64,000 nt of DNA from Escherichia coli (GTDB taxonomy: Bacteria; Pseudomonadota; Gammaproteobacteria; Enterobacterales; Enterobacteriaceae). How positions within the stretch are numbered: position 1 is the stretch's first letter; each line of letters begins with the position of its first letter. The stretch is from assembly GCF_013122565.1 (NCBI RefSeq), contig NZ_CP053258.1. The stretch is one strand, 5' to 3'. Made by a program: the position numbers and the translations under genes. Below, in pieces: positions 1 through 9,574 of this stretch. The notes under the pieces are model-generated. The model ran no database searches. It was not told the origin of the DNA and worked only from the letters and a program-made list of their open reading frames with translations.

Positions 1-1
1 T

Positions 2-1054
2 TATGGTTCCTTCTATCTGAATGGGACCTGGACGGACTACTGGGTTACGAATGAATCACAGAGTAGTTTTGCGTTTGGTTACAGCAACGGCTTTGACTGG
101 GCCAGCTACAGCGTCAGCCTGCAACGAACCTATGATGAAGACAATAACAAAGATGACTCTATCTATCTCAGCTTGACCATCCCGCTGGACAAACTGTTTG
201 GCCGCGATAGCCGCGAAGGGGGCTTCAGAACGCTCAATACCAGTGTCAACAGCGATATGAAAGGCAGCTCGCAATATAACGCTAACGCCACCGGCTACAG
301 CCAGGACAACCGCTGGAACTACAGCGTCAACACCTCCTATAACGCAATGAAAGAGACGGAGAGCCTGAAAACCATCAGTGGTTTCACCAGCTATGAGTCC
401 CCCTGGGGAACCCTTTCCGGTTCCGTCTCCGCCAGTAGCGACCACAGTCGTCAGTATGGCGTGAGTACCGATGGCGGCTTTGTGCTACATCGCCACGGGC
501 TCACGTTTAGCAACGATAGTTTCACCGACTCAGACACGCTGGCGCTGGTCAATGCCCCCGGCGCGAAAGGGGCGCAAATCAACTTTGGCAGCAGTACCGT
601 GGACCGATTTGGCTACGGGGTGACCAGTGCGCTTTCTCCGTATCACGAAAACACCGTCGCCCTCAACGTAGACAACCTGGATGAAGATGTAGAGCTAAAA
701 AGCACCAGCACCGTTGCGATCCCACGCCAGGGTGCCGTTATCTTCAGCCATTTCGACACTGACACCGGGCGTTCCGCCATTCTTAACCTGCTGCGCAGTG
801 ATAAACAGCCCGTACCGTTTGCTTCCGATGTCACGGACAGCCGTGGGCAGTCCATCGGCACGGTTGGGCAAGGGAGCCAGGCTTTCGTTCGCGGCATTGC
901 CGACGAAGGGGATCTGGTGGTTTCCTGGTATGAAAAAAATAGCCAGAAACAGTGTCGCATTCACTACCAGATACCGCCCTCTCCCACCATGACGGGCAAA
1001 ACTATCGTATTAAACGCCGTGCCCTGCACCCTGCAATCACAGGAGAGGAAATGA
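2..1054 (+). CDS. htrE: Outer-membrane fimbrial usher, C-terminal part (5' end lies upstream of the window)
   Basis: Frame is open from position 2 with no stop before the ORF-track start at 173; translation resembles usher C-terminal domain; followed by fimbrial subunit genes. Confidence 0.85.
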   Translation, partial: YGSFYLNGTWTDYWVTNESQSSFAFGYSNGFDWASYSVSLQRTYDEDNNKDDSIYLSLTIPLDKLFGRDSREGGFRTLNTSVNSDMKGSSQYNANATGYSQDNRWNYSVNTSYNAMKETESLKTISGFTSYESPWGTLSGSVSASSDHSRQYGVSTDGGFVLHRHGLTFSNDSFTDSDTLALVNAPGAKGAQINFGSSTVDRFGYGVTSALSPYHENTVALNVDNLDEDVELKSTSTVAIPRQGAVIFSHFDTDTGRSAILNLLRSDKQPVPFASDVTDSRGQSIGTVGQGSQAFVRGIADEGDLVVSWYEKNSQKQCRIHYQIPPSPTMTGKTIVLNAVPCTLQSQERK

Positions 1055-1623
1055 GATTCTTTTTACGGTTAATCCTGTTACTGACGACGCTGCTCAATGC
1101 CTCGTGGGCGTTGGCCGTCAATATTTCGGTTAACTTTACCGCGACGATCAAAGAGACCACCTGCGCCATGACGGTGAGCGCACTCAATGGCGCGAATCTT
1201 AGCGGTGACTCGGCATCAGAGAACTACTTTCTGGATTTACCCACAATGGGGGTTTCCGATATCACCAATAAAACGTCCAAAACCGAAGCCAGCTTTAAGC
1301 TATTACCGATTAACTGTAATAACTACATCTCCAGCATGTCGATGACCATTGGCGGTAAACACAGCGGTTATACCGACACGTTGCTGGTGAATGATTCCTC
1401 GGTTACAGGAGGAGCCAGTTACATTGGCGTGGGCTTTAAACGGCTTAATGACGATGACAGCCTGCGGTTTAAGGTGGATGGAACGACGTCAATTAACTGG
1501 ACACGCAATGACATTGCCAATGGATTTGATATTACTGGAATAGTTCGCCGGACAACGAGTTCTTACAACATGATACCCGGTCTGGTTCAGACAAAAGCGA
1601 TATTCGTTTTTACTTATAACTAA
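1051..1623 (+). CDS. yadM: Fimbrial subunit-like protein
   Basis: ATG at 1051 overlaps htrE stop (ATGA), preceded by GGAGAGGAA SD; signal peptide MRFFLRLILLLTTLLNASWA; ORF-track start 952 judged over-extended. Confidence 0.8.
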   Translation: MRFFLRLILLLTTLLNASWALAVNISVNFTATIKETTCAMTVSALNGANLSGDSASENYFLDLPTMGVSDITNKTSKTEASFKLLPINCNNYISSMSMTIGGKHSGYTDTLLVNDSSVTGGASYIGVGFKRLNDDDSLRFKVDGTTSINWTRNDIANGFDITGIVRRTTSSYNMIPGLVQTKAIFVFTYN

Positions 1624-1635
1624 CAGGGATGGTGT

Positions 1636-2232
1636 ATGAATTATCAACGCATAATTGTAGCGCTATTGTTAATCATCGGAATAAATACGCAATGCCTGGC
1701 TGGCTCCAGTTCGTTGAACGTGACGGTGAGGACAACCGTTACCGCCAGTACCTGCACAGCAGAGCTTCACAATGCGCAGGACCTGCAAGCGACAACAATT
1801 GATATTGGTGATGTCTATCTGAACGAACTTGCAAATAAGACTAAATATCAGAATTTCAGCCTGGTGTTTTCAAATTGTGAAGGCTTAGCCAAAGATCAGG
1901 CGACCGTCACACTTTCTCCGCAAACAGGCTGCGATGGTGCATCCAGTACGGGTGGCGGATTTCGCAACGCACTGGCCTCCAGCGACAATGATGCGGCAAC
2001 CGGCGTATCGATTGAAGTATGGACGACCAATCAGCCGGAAGGTCAGGGAAGTGTGCAGCTAAACTGCAAGACAAAACCGACCAGTATTGTCGATCTGACG
2101 GGCGCGTCAGGTGCGAACGTTGTCCACTGGTGGTTAAGCTCCAGAATTGTCGTCGCCGCGGATAACACTATCGCCGATGTACGTGCAGGGCAGTTCTCCA
2201 CCAACGCTGTCTTTTCAGTAACCTATGAGTAA
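1636..2232 (+). CDS. yadL: Fimbrial subunit-like protein
   Basis: 198-aa ORF with signal peptide, fimbrial-subunit-like C-terminus (VFSVTYE), operon context. Confidence 0.8.
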   Translation: MNYQRIIVALLLIIGINTQCLAGSSSLNVTVRTTVTASTCTAELHNAQDLQATTIDIGDVYLNELANKTKYQNFSLVFSNCEGLAKDQATVTLSPQTGCDGASSTGGGFRNALASSDNDAATGVSIEVWTTNQPEGQGSVQLNCKTKPTSIVDLTGASGANVVHWWLSSRIVVAADNTIADVRAGQFSTNAVFSVTYE

Positions 2233-2238
2233 ACGACG

Positions 2239-2811
2239 ATGAAATCACGTTTTCGACTGTTCGTTTCCGGCTTATGGTTTATTACAGCGGCCTGTATTGC
2301 CAACACCAATATTAATATGACCGCCAACGTTGTCAGCACCAGTTGCAAAGTCACCCTCGACAATAGCGGCAGCATTGATTTAGGCACGGTTAATTACGAC
2401 TATCTGAACACGAATACTGCCGTGGATCGCGTTTATACCGGTGGTCAGGCGTTCTACATCACCGTCAGTGACTGCGCGCAGATGGCGGGTAAAAATCCTT
2501 CCCGTCTTACGGTGAGTTTTACGCCCGTCGGGGGTACCCTCGGCGCAACTAATCAACAGGTTTTTGCCAATCAGGCAGCCGATGGCGCTAAAAACGTCGG
2601 CATCGTAATTTTATCCACCCAGGATGCGCAAAGTATTTTCAATGTGCTGGATACCCACGGCCAATCGCAAAGTATTTACCCCGTGAGCGCGGATCAGCTA
2701 GCCAATGCCACCTACCATTTTTATGCACGGATGCAGAAGATCGACCTGGCGCAAGCCGCCACCAGCGGTGTAGTGCGGGCCAGTGTGTTTGTCGGTGTTT
2801 ATTATGAATAA
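2239..2811 (+). CDS. yadK: Fimbrial subunit-like protein
   Basis: 190-aa ORF with signal peptide and C-terminal VFVGVYYE strand typical of chaperone-usher pilins. Confidence 0.8.
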   Translation: MKSRFRLFVSGLWFITAACIANTNINMTANVVSTSCKVTLDNSGSIDLGTVNYDYLNTNTAVDRVYTGGQAFYITVSDCAQMAGKNPSRLTVSFTPVGGTLGATNQQVFANQAADGAKNVGIVILSTQDAQSIFNVLDTHGQSQSIYPVSADQLANATYHFYARMQKIDLAQAATSGVVRASVFVGVYYE

Positions 2812-2837
2812 CGTTTTACGTTCTCAAGGATGATGAA

Positions 2838-4058
2838 ATGAACCGTTTCCGATTACTAAAATGGGTCAAAACTCTGCTGATTTTGCTGCCCATATATTCA
2901 GGCTATCTCCAGGCTGCAAATACACTGGTTGTCGGCAGTAAAGCTACCGCTGACGGTAATGGTAGTAATAAAAACAAAGGTCCCGCTGGTGATGGTTATT
3001 CCACAACCACTTTTACCACTGGCAACAGTCAGATAGTGATCGGGCGGGCTACAACTCTTCAATACAGTAATATTAAGCTACAGTTGCAAGCCGATACCGC
3101 AGGGAATGGCAATACCGGCGCGATTTACTGCGCACCGGGCGGCATGGGGGGGCCTATTACCCTGGAGAGTCATTTCCTTAAAGCACCCTACGTTTTTGAT
3201 AACCACCAGCTCTTTAAAACCAACATACAAGGGCTGTATTTCACCATGCGCATGTATAATCTCTGGTCATACGCCACCTCTTCACCGGATGACTTTTATG
3301 TCGGGGATGCCGAGCAACAGACGCTTAACTTACACTCAACGAGCTGTCCAGGCGATCTTGGCTGGTATCAACAGCTTGGCGGTCTGGTCTCTAATATTGA
3401 TATCGACTTTTATAACGACGCTACCTTTGACCCCAGCGCCAGCGGCAGTATTGCCCTGCTGAGTGATACCACCTATCACTACTCACTGAAAAACCTGTCC
3501 CCCGGGGGAAATCTCAATACCCATACTATTTTCCAAACCTTCAATATGGGGAATGTCACATTAACCTCTCCAACCTGTTCGTCGGCGATACTCTCCGGCA
3601 ACAGCGTCAGTAAAGGCGATACGGTAGGACTGGGCGAATACAGCTCGAAAGAGGTTATCGACGGCCTGAGCGGCGTGCCTTTTTCAATTGTGCTGAAAGG
3701 GTGTTATCGGGTAACAAATATTGATGTCAAACTGACCACGGGAGCCCCTGCGGTATCAACGTCACTATTGGGCAACTCGCTGACAACCGATGCCGCCAGC
3801 GGTGTCGGCGTAGAAATTAAAGGCGAGGCCAACTCGCATTATCCTGAAGTGGTGCTCAAGCCAAACGACGCCTCCTCAATCTATAAAGCGTATGGCGATA
3901 ACCCGGAAACCTCTAACGGTATTATTGGTAACAATGCTTCGGGTTCGCCTGCTGACCAGACGCTGAATTTTACCGCGACGCTCAAGCAGGATGGTAATCA
4001 GCAAATCCGGGGAGGAGAGTTCAAAGCAACGGGCGTCTTCTCCATCACTTACCCCTGA
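2838..4058 (+). CDS. yadC: Fimbrial tip adhesin-like protein
   Basis: 406-aa ORF, signal peptide, two-domain size typical of tip adhesins, pilin-like C-terminus (VFSITYP). Confidence 0.8.
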   Translation: MNRFRLLKWVKTLLILLPIYSGYLQAANTLVVGSKATADGNGSNKNKGPAGDGYSTTTFTTGNSQIVIGRATTLQYSNIKLQLQADTAGNGNTGAIYCAPGGMGGPITLESHFLKAPYVFDNHQLFKTNIQGLYFTMRMYNLWSYATSSPDDFYVGDAEQQTLNLHSTSCPGDLGWYQQLGGLVSNIDIDFYNDATFDPSASGSIALLSDTTYHYSLKNLSPGGNLNTHTIFQTFNMGNVTLTSPTCSSAILSGNSVSKGDTVGLGEYSSKEVIDGLSGVPFSIVLKGCYRVTNIDVKLTTGAPAVSTSLLGNSLTTDAASGVGVEIKGEANSHYPEVVLKPNDASSIYKAYGDNPETSNGIIGNNASGSPADQTLNFTATLKQDGNQQIRGGEFKATGVFSITYP

Positions 4059-4175
4059 GTAAAATACCGGCAGCTAACCCTGCCGGTTTTGACCACAAAG
4101 GGCTAACACTCATCACCCACATCCCCTACAATGCCCTCATACTATTGATGATATTTATGGCTAACAGGGGTTATG

Positions 4176-4970
4176 ATGAAACCGACCACCATCTCCTTAT
4201 TGAACAAATACAAACAAGAAAAAAAACGCTTCGCCACCATCACAGCCTACGACTACAGCTTCGCCAAACTGTTTGCCGATGAAGGGCTGAACGTGATGCT
4301 GGTAGGTGACTCACTGGGCATGACGGTTCAGGGCCACAACTCCACCCTTCCCGTTACCGTCGAAGATATCGCCTATCATACCGCTGCCGTACGTCGCGGT
4401 GCGCCAAACTGCCTGCTGCTGGCTGATCTGCCGTTTATGGCGTATGCCACGCCGGAACAAGCCTTTGAAAACGCCGCAACGGTTATGCGTGCCGGTGCCA
4501 ACATGGTCAAAATTGAAGGCGGTGAGTGGCTGGTAGAAACCGTACAAATGCTGACCGAACGTGCCGTTCCTGTATGTGGTCACTTAGGTTTAACCCCACA
4601 GTCAGTGAATATTTTCGGTGGCTACAAAGTTCAGGGGCGCGGCGATGAAGCGGGCGATCAACTGCTTAGCGATGCATTAGCCTTAGAAGCCGCGGGGGCA
4701 CAGCTGCTGGTGCTGGAATGCGTACCGGTTGAACTGGCAAAACGTATTACCGAAGCACTGGCGATCCCGGTTATTGGTATTGGCGCAGGCAACGTCACTG
4801 ACGGGCAGATCCTCGTGATGCACGACGCCTTTGGTATTACCGGCGGCCACATTCCTAAATTCGCTAAAAATTTCCTCGCCGAAACGGGCGACATCCGCGC
4901 GGCTGTGCGGCAGTATATGGCTGAAGTGGAGTCCGGCGTTTATCCGGGCGAAGAACACAGTTTCCATTAA
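4176..4970 (+). CDS. panB: 3-methyl-2-oxobutanoate hydroxymethyltransferase (ketopantoate hydroxymethyltransferase)
   Basis: Recognised PanB sequence (MKPTTISLL...EEHSFH); start taken at second Met, alternative ATG at 4173. Confidence 0.95.
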   Translation: MKPTTISLLNKYKQEKKRFATITAYDYSFAKLFADEGLNVMLVGDSLGMTVQGHNSTLPVTVEDIAYHTAAVRRGAPNCLLLADLPFMAYATPEQAFENAATVMRAGANMVKIEGGEWLVETVQMLTERAVPVCGHLGLTPQSVNIFGGYKVQGRGDEAGDQLLSDALALEAAGAQLLVLECVPVELAKRITEALAIPVIGIGAGNVTDGQILVMHDAFGITGGHIPKFAKNFLAETGDIRAAVRQYMAEVESGVYPGEEHSFH

Positions 4971-4981
4971 GGAGTCACGTT

Positions 4982-5833
4982 GTGTTAATTATCGAAACCC
5001 TGCCGCTGCTGCGTCAGCAAATTCGCCGCCTGCGTATGGAAGGCAAGCGCGTGGCGCTGGTGCCTACCATGGGTAACCTGCACGATGGCCATATGAAGCT
5101 AGTCGACGAAGCCAAAGCCCGCGCCGATGTGGTCGTCGTCAGTATTTTCGTTAACCCGATGCAGTTCGACCGCCCGGAAGATCTGGCTCGTTATCCACGG
5201 ACCTTGCAGGAGGACTGCGAGAAGCTAAACAAACGTAAAGTAGATTTAGTTTTCGCCCCTTCGGTAAAAGAGATCTACCCGAACGGTACAGAAACCCACA
5301 CCTATGTTGATGTTCCTGGTCTTTCCACCATGCTGGAAGGTGCCAGCCGTCCGGGACATTTTCGCGGCGTTTCGACTATTGTCAGCAAGCTGTTCAACCT
5401 GGTCCAGCCGGACATCGCCTGCTTCGGTGAAAAAGATTTTCAGCAACTGGCGCTGATCCGCAAAATGGTTGCTGATATGGGCTTTGATATTGAGATTGTC
5501 GGTGTGCCAATTATGCGCGCCAAAGACGGTCTGGCGCTGAGTTCCCGTAACGGTTATCTGACGGCGGAACAACGTAAAATTGCGCCCGGTCTGTACAAAG
5601 TTTTAAGTTCGATTGCCGACAAATTGCAGGCTGGCGAACGGGATCTCGATGAAATTATTGCTATTGCCGGGCAAGAACTGAATGAAAAAGGCTTCCGCGC
5701 CGATGATATTCAGATTCGCGATGCCGACACGTTGCTGGAAGTCTCTGAAACCAGCAAACGGGCAGTGATTCTGGTAGCCGCCTGGCTTGGCGATGCCCGC
5801 CTGATCGACAACAAAATAGTCGAACTGGCGTAA
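4982..5833 (+). CDS. panC: Pantothenate synthetase
   Basis: Recognised PanC ([18 protein letters not shown]...); GTG start 11 bp after panB. Confidence 0.95.
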
Positions 5834-5839
5834 TACTTA

Positions 5840-5875
5840 ACTGGCGCTACGGCTGATGGCGCCAGTTATTAATTT
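5840..5875 (+). terminator. Candidate intrinsic terminator after panC
   Basis: Inverted repeat ctggcgc...gcgccag (5841-5847 / 5859-5865) followed by T-rich tract, immediately after panC stop. Confidence 0.5.
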
Positions 5876-5928
5876 GCCCTACGTCATGGCGATGACGTCT
5901 GTAAGTGATTATTCATATCGCTGGCAAT

Positions 5929-6110
5929 TTAGTTAGAGTTAATTAGCTTATCAATCTCTGTAAGAGGTAAAGTTGTCACCTCTGCAACGTCTTCCCGAGA
6001 CATCCCTTTACTTAGAAAACGCTGGGCGAATTCCTGTCTTACCTTCTGGAGTTCCTCTTGATATCCCTTCTGAAATCCCTTCTCTTCAAACCACTGCGCC
6101 AACGTCTGCC
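5929..6110. repeat. Copy 1 of tandemly duplicated rpnC 3'-end (tail-encoding) segment
   Basis: About 85% nucleotide identity to 6207..6360 by eye, with 6-bp and 24-bp indels. Confidence 0.7.
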
Positions 6111-6138
6111 TGGTTTCTCTCCGTGTCTTTATTTCCAT
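5929..6138 (-). CDS. Orphan 69-aa ORF homologous to the C-terminal tail of RpnC (free-standing Rpn tail-domain-like small protein); coding status unproven
   Basis: ATG at 6136-6138 with AAGGGA upstream; protein ...TLAQWFEEKG...KGMSREDVAEVTTLPLTEIDKLINSN parallels RpnC tail ...TLAQWFEERG...KGMSREDVAEMANLPLAEIDKLIN; underlying DNA is a diverged tandem copy of the rpnC 3' end. Confidence 0.4.
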   Translation of the reverse strand: MEIKTRRETRQTLAQWFEEKGFQKGYQEELQKVRQEFAQRFLSKGMSREDVAEVTTLPLTEIDKLINSN

Positions 6139-6206
6139 AGGTTCCCTTAATTATCTGGTCAGTTAACAATAACAATTATCTGGCTATAACTGATGATGCA
6201 GACAAC

Positions 6207-6360
6207 TTAGTTAATCAGCTTATCAATCTCGGCAAGGGGTAAATTTGCCATCTCTGCAACGTCTTCCCGAGACATTCCTTTATTCAGAAGACGCAGGGCG
6301 AATTCTTGCCTTTCCTCCTGTCTTCCCCTCTCTTCAAACCACTGCGCCAGCGTCATCATA
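6207..6360. repeat. Copy 2 of tandemly duplicated tail-encoding segment (the native rpnC 3' end)
   Basis: Aligned by eye with 5929..6110 (shared ttagtta...cagcttatcaatctc...ctctgcaacgtcttcccgagacat...cgaattc...ctcttcaaaccactgcgcca). Confidence 0.7.
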
Positions 6361-7079
6361 GACTCCCCTCCCGTTTCCCTGTCTCTCAACACACTGTAAA
6401 ACAAATCCGCTTGTTCAGTATGACCGCGTTGCAGCATATAGTTTTGCATGGCAACTAACTGACTTCCGCTAGTGTACCCTTCGTCGATCAGCGTGACCAG
6501 TTGCTCCAGCAATAACATTAAGTCGCGCTGGCGAATATGTTTTTGCAGTAGTTCGAGAATCGCAATCCGCCGATGTTGCATGATTTCGTCATCCGGTGTG
6601 ATGGTGATATCCACCAGCGGGAAAGGACTGTTATAGACGCGTCGTGCCAGCTCCGGCGAGTAAAACATATCAAACCAGCACATTGAGAGCGGATAAGGTG
6701 TGGCCTCGCCCTGATAAAACAGTATCGGCACCACCAGCGGCAGCTTATCGTGATCCGCCTCCAGATGCCGGTGCATGGCAGCAATAGAATAACGCATCAT
6801 GCGAAAGGCCATTTTCTTATCCGGCTTGCTTTGGTGTTCAATCACAACATGCAGATAACCGGGATTGCCCTGCATTTGCACGGAATAGAGCACGTCCGTG
6901 CTGTGTCCTTTCAGGCTCTCTTCAATGAAACTCCCCGACTCTAAATGAAGCGTGTTGAGGTCACAAAGTTCGCGTAATTCCACTGGCAAATGTATCTCCA
7001 GAAAGTCGCGAGCCGTCTCCGCATGCATTAAAAATTGTTTAAATACCGCATCATGCGGTGTGGTACTCGGTGCATCCAT
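6207..7079 (-). CDS. rpnC: Recombination-promoting nuclease RpnC (YhgA-like, PD-(D/E)XK / transposase_31 family)
   Basis: Recognised YadD/RpnC-like protein; start set at MDAPSTTP (ATG 7077-7079); ORF-track start 7136 is an upstream in-frame alternative; internal in-frame Met-Met at 6354-6359 could start a 50-aa tail protein. Confidence 0.85.
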   Translation of the reverse strand: MDAPSTTPHDAVFKQFLMHAETARDFLEIHLPVELRELCDLNTLHLESGSFIEESLKGHSTDVLYSVQMQGNPGYLHVVIEHQSKPDKKMAFRMMRYSIAAMHRHLEADHDKLPLVVPILFYQGEATPYPLSMCWFDMFYSPELARRVYNSPFPLVDITITPDDEIMQHRRIAILELLQKHIRQRDLMLLLEQLVTLIDEGYTSGSQLVAMQNYMLQRGHTEQADLFYSVLRDRETGGESMMTLAQWFEERGRQEERQEFALRLLNKGMSREDVAEMANLPLAEIDKLIN

Positions 7080-7352
7080 CTTCCCTGCCTTCCGTGTTGT
7101 CTTGCGTGAAGGCAGTATCCAGTCAAGGTGTGCCATCGTCAGCCACCTCTTTAGTGTTTACCGAGCAGCGTTCAGAGAAATTTCAATTGGTTACAGGCGT
7201 TACATGGCACGCTTCGGCGCGGTACGCAAACTGCTGATGCAAATGCCGTCAGATGAGTAGACACTAAACAAAAATCGGGCAATACTGCGTGAGAATTTCC
7301 TCAAAGCAGGCACCGCCTGCTTCGTTAACGACAGGGTAGAAAGGTAGAAGTT

Positions 7353-7733
7353 ATGATTCGCACGATGCTGCAGGGCAAACTCCACCGCGTGAAAGTGACT
7401 CATGCGGACCTGCACTATGAAGGTTCTTGCGCCATTGACCAGGATTTTCTTGACGCAGCCGGTATTCTCGAAAACGAAGCCATTGATATCTGGAATGTCA
7501 CCAACGGCAAGCGTTTCTCCACTTATGCCATCGCGGCAGAACGCGGTTCGAGAATTATTTCTGTTAACGGTGCGGCGGCCCACTGCGCCAGCGTCGGCGA
7601 TATTGTCATCATCGCCAGCTTCGTTACCATGCCAGATGAAGAAGCTCGCACCTGGCGACCCAACGTCGCCTATTTTGAAGGCGACAATGAAATGAAACGT
7701 ACCGCGAAAGCGATTCCGGTACAGGTTGCTTGA
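7353..7733 (+). CDS. panD: Aspartate 1-decarboxylase
   Basis: Recognised PanD 126 aa ([30 protein letters not shown]...). Confidence 0.95.
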
Positions 7734-7736
7734 TTG

Positions 7737-8966
7737 TTATCCCTGCGGCTGGTTACTCACCAGCCGCGACATTGTCTCAAGAGAATCTGTTCTTAAGATA
7801 TAAAGTCGTTTTAGTAACAACGGATTATCCCCCGGTTTTACTTTGCCTTTCATGGTTGTCACCGCCAGGTGAAATCCGGCATCGTTTGCTGCCTTCACGG
7901 CTTTGTCATTAAATCCGCCAAATGGATACGAAAGATACCAGACATGCGGATTAAATTGCGCCAGAGCGCGGCGTGAACGTGCAAAATCAAACAGAATATT
8001 GTGCTCACTACGACTCAGTAATATAGGTCGCCGATAACCATCCACCCGATGCAAAAAATGGGTATGTGACTGGAAATCAAATACATCGCGAATTTCGTTA
8101 AGCTCAGAAACGCTCATAAATTGCAGCGATTTTGGGTCCCATTTCTGCGGGTGACGTTTGATGCGTGAGGTAACAATAAACGCCGTCGCCTTCATGCCAT
8201 ATTGTTTCAACACAGGATACGCATAGCGGCTCACCGACTTGAGGCCATCATCAAAGGTAATCACCACCGCTCGCGCAGGGAGATTGATCTTATTCTTCAC
8301 GTAACCTTCCAGCTGCGCCATGCTCAGTGTCGCGTATCCCCTGTCGCGCAGCCAGGCCATCTGGTTATTGAAAGCGCGTACCGAGGTGGTCGTCGAAGTA
8401 TGGCGAAAACGGGTGTTTTCTTCGTCGCGCAGAATATGGTGATAGGTTAGCACCGGCAGGCCATTATCGGGTTGAGCATCCAGCGCGCTGATATAGGCCA
8501 GTCGATCGCCAATACGAACCTGATACCAGGTTTGATTTAACCTGTCTTTCAGTTTATGCAAAATCGGGTAGCGCAAATTGTCCGCCAGTACCCCAAACGG
8601 CGCACTGCCCGCACTCGGCGCGTTATAGACTGGCGTATCTTTCCAGGTAACTAAGTTCTGATTACTCAGCGGCTTGTTGAGGTCACCCAAACCGTCTTCA
8701 ACTTTTTGTCGCCCCTGAACCGGCTCGAGATGCCCTTTATCGATAAACCCTTTACCAAAGCCAAAATTAAATGCGTAATAACTTGCGGCAGTGGGCTCCA
8801 CGGCAATGATTTGTCCGGCCCGAATATTCCCCACGGTCACCATCTTGTCACCAATTTGCGCCCAGACCGCAGCATTTTCGATGGTTTGCATATAACGGGC
8901 AGGTAACGCGGCACTGACACTTGCGGTAAACAGCATCAGCAGGAGAATAACAGCTTGTTTGTACAT
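7737..8966 (-). CDS. yadE: Predicted secreted polysaccharide deacetylase family protein
   Basis: 409-aa ORF with N-terminal signal peptide ([19 protein letters not shown]); C-terminal half resembles NodB-type deacetylase. Confidence 0.85.
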   Translation of the reverse strand: MYKQAVILLLMLFTASVSAALPARYMQTIENAAVWAQIGDKMVTVGNIRAGQIIAVEPTAASYYAFNFGFGKGFIDKGHLEPVQGRQKVEDGLGDLNKPLSNQNLVTWKDTPVYNAPSAGSAPFGVLADNLRYPILHKLKDRLNQTWYQVRIGDRLAYISALDAQPDNGLPVLTYHHILRDEENTRFRHTSTTTSVRAFNNQMAWLRDRGYATLSMAQLEGYVKNKINLPARAVVITFDDGLKSVSRYAYPVLKQYGMKATAFIVTSRIKRHPQKWDPKSLQFMSVSELNEIRDVFDFQSHTHFLHRVDGYRRPILLSRSEHNILFDFARSRRALAQFNPHVWYLSYPFGGFNDKAVKAANDAGFHLAVTTMKGKVKPGDNPLLLKRLYILRTDSLETMSRLVSNQPQG

Positions 8967-9029
8967 GAAAAAATAACCGAGGGTGAAACAACGCTTTTAT
9001 TGTAGCAAAAGCGCCATCAGAATCGCGGG

Positions 9030-9470
9030 TTAATACTCATACAAATTATGTTTGAGGACGAAAGGCGGATTTTTTTGTTGCTGGTGCCAAAGACTACTCA
9101 CCTCCGGCCCACCCAGTTCGACAATACGCTCGCGAAACTCTGAACTGGTCATGGTTTCACGGCAAGCCATCATCTGTTCAATTAACGGTAACGTGACACC
9201 AGAAATCACTTCGCAACGGGAGTGTTTGTGGCTTAATAATGAAGCCACGCGATACGGTGGCGCTCCGGCTATATCGGTTAAGAAGATGACACCCTCACCA
9301 GAGTCCGCTTCATGCAGAGCATCGCACATCATGCGGCTGAGCATATTAGAGCTTAACCCACGCCAGAAATTCACGGCCCGGCACTGAAGAAGTGCCCCAT
9401 GTTTTTTCTCCAGCGCATCCAGTATCTCTTGCGCCCGGTCATCGTGACAGGTAATTACCCAACCTAACAT
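9030..9470 (-). CDS. yadI: PTS enzyme IIA-like protein (mannose-family EIIA domain), orphan
   Basis: 146-aa ORF (MLGWVITCHDDRAQEILDALE...) typical of mannose-type EIIA; no IIB/IIC/IID partners adjacent. Confidence 0.85.
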   Translation of the reverse strand: MLGWVITCHDDRAQEILDALEKKHGALLQCRAVNFWRGLSSNMLSRMMCDALHEADSGEGVIFLTDIAGAPPYRVASLLSHKHSRCEVISGVTLPLIEQMMACRETMTSSEFRERIVELGGPEVSSLWHQQQKNPPFVLKHNLYEY

Positions 9471-9540
9471 CGCCTTCCTCCTTAGCCGAAAATCAGTCTA
9501 CCCTGACCATTGTTGATAAAGGGTGATAGCCGTCAAAACT

Positions 9541-9568
9541 CCTCTCCCCCAAATCCAGAGGAGAGGAA
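9541..9568 (-). terminator. Candidate terminator hairpin downstream of yadH
   Basis: Inverted repeat tcctctcc...ggagagga between yadH stop and yadI start. Confidence 0.35.
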
Positions 9569-9574
9569 ATAGCC

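Noticed and set aside
952-1050. Upstream extension of yadM overlapping the htrE 3' end
   Set aside because: Over-extended ORF-track start; the ATG at 1051 has an SD and begins the signal peptide.
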